A DNA stretch of 64,000 nucleotides from Scenedesmus sp. PABB004. Its lineage: Eukaryota. Below the pieces are notes generated by a model, which saw nothing but the letters and a program-made list of their open reading frames with translations, did not search any database and was not told the DNA's origin. Each line of letters opens with the position of its first letter. The first letter of the stretch is position 1. The stretch is from NCBI GenBank assembly GCA_014905635.1, contig JABVCE010000007.1:124001-188000 (forward strand), given 5' to 3'. Position numbers and translations under genes: made by a program. Positions 63,788-64,000 of the stretch are shown here, piece by piece.

Positions 63788-64000
63788 TGCAGCGACTGTA
63801 AGCCCGGCTCGGCGAGGCGCGCGTTGCGCGACGCGCCGGCGGCACGCTCGCGGCGCCGCCAGCGCCAGGCCGACGCCAGCCCGCCGCGGCGGCTGCGACT
63901 GCGACCGCGCGAGCTGCCACGCGAGTGTGATCCTGCCAGCCGTCCTCCTCGCGCTCGGGCGTGAGCTGCGGCGGCGGCTCGACCGCGCGTGTACAGCGTA

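Overview
This is eukaryotic nuclear DNA, not prokaryotic. It is extremely GC-rich, gene-dense and intron-rich, and looks like a chlorophyte green alga. Protein similarities and TGTAA poly(A) signals suggest Sphaeropleales (Scenedesmus/Raphidocelis-like); this assignment is inference. Most long ORFs in the supplied track are GC-rich artefacts, so I reconstructed genes by splicing manually and found about 25 protein-coding genes. Recognisable ones are PEX3, USP39/SAD1, delta-COP, plastid ClpB, CCDC148, a Tim17-family (B14.7-like) protein, GlnRS, an FkbM methyltransferase, glycine cleavage H, TSET subunit TSPOON/LOLITA, an OPR/RAP protein, an INSIG-like protein, a Pcc1-like protein, IFT81, selenoprotein T, a STE20 kinase, CYP28 and MAP70. 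There are also several unknown secreted or repeat proteins. Most notable: (1) about a quarter of introns use GC donors, always after exonic AG; (2) SELT has an in-frame UGA and a textbook type II SECIS; (3) a secreted jacalin-like protein is split by a Tyr/Lys-rich insert; (4) the STE20 kinase has Arg in place of the catalytic beta-3 Lys; (5) a receptor-like surface protein has CBM10/dockerin-like repeats and introns packed with W-boxes; (6) telomere-type CCCTAAA motifs sit near 3' splice sites. Family assignments come from remembered motifs, not database searches. No rRNA, tRNA, CRISPR or transposon was detected.
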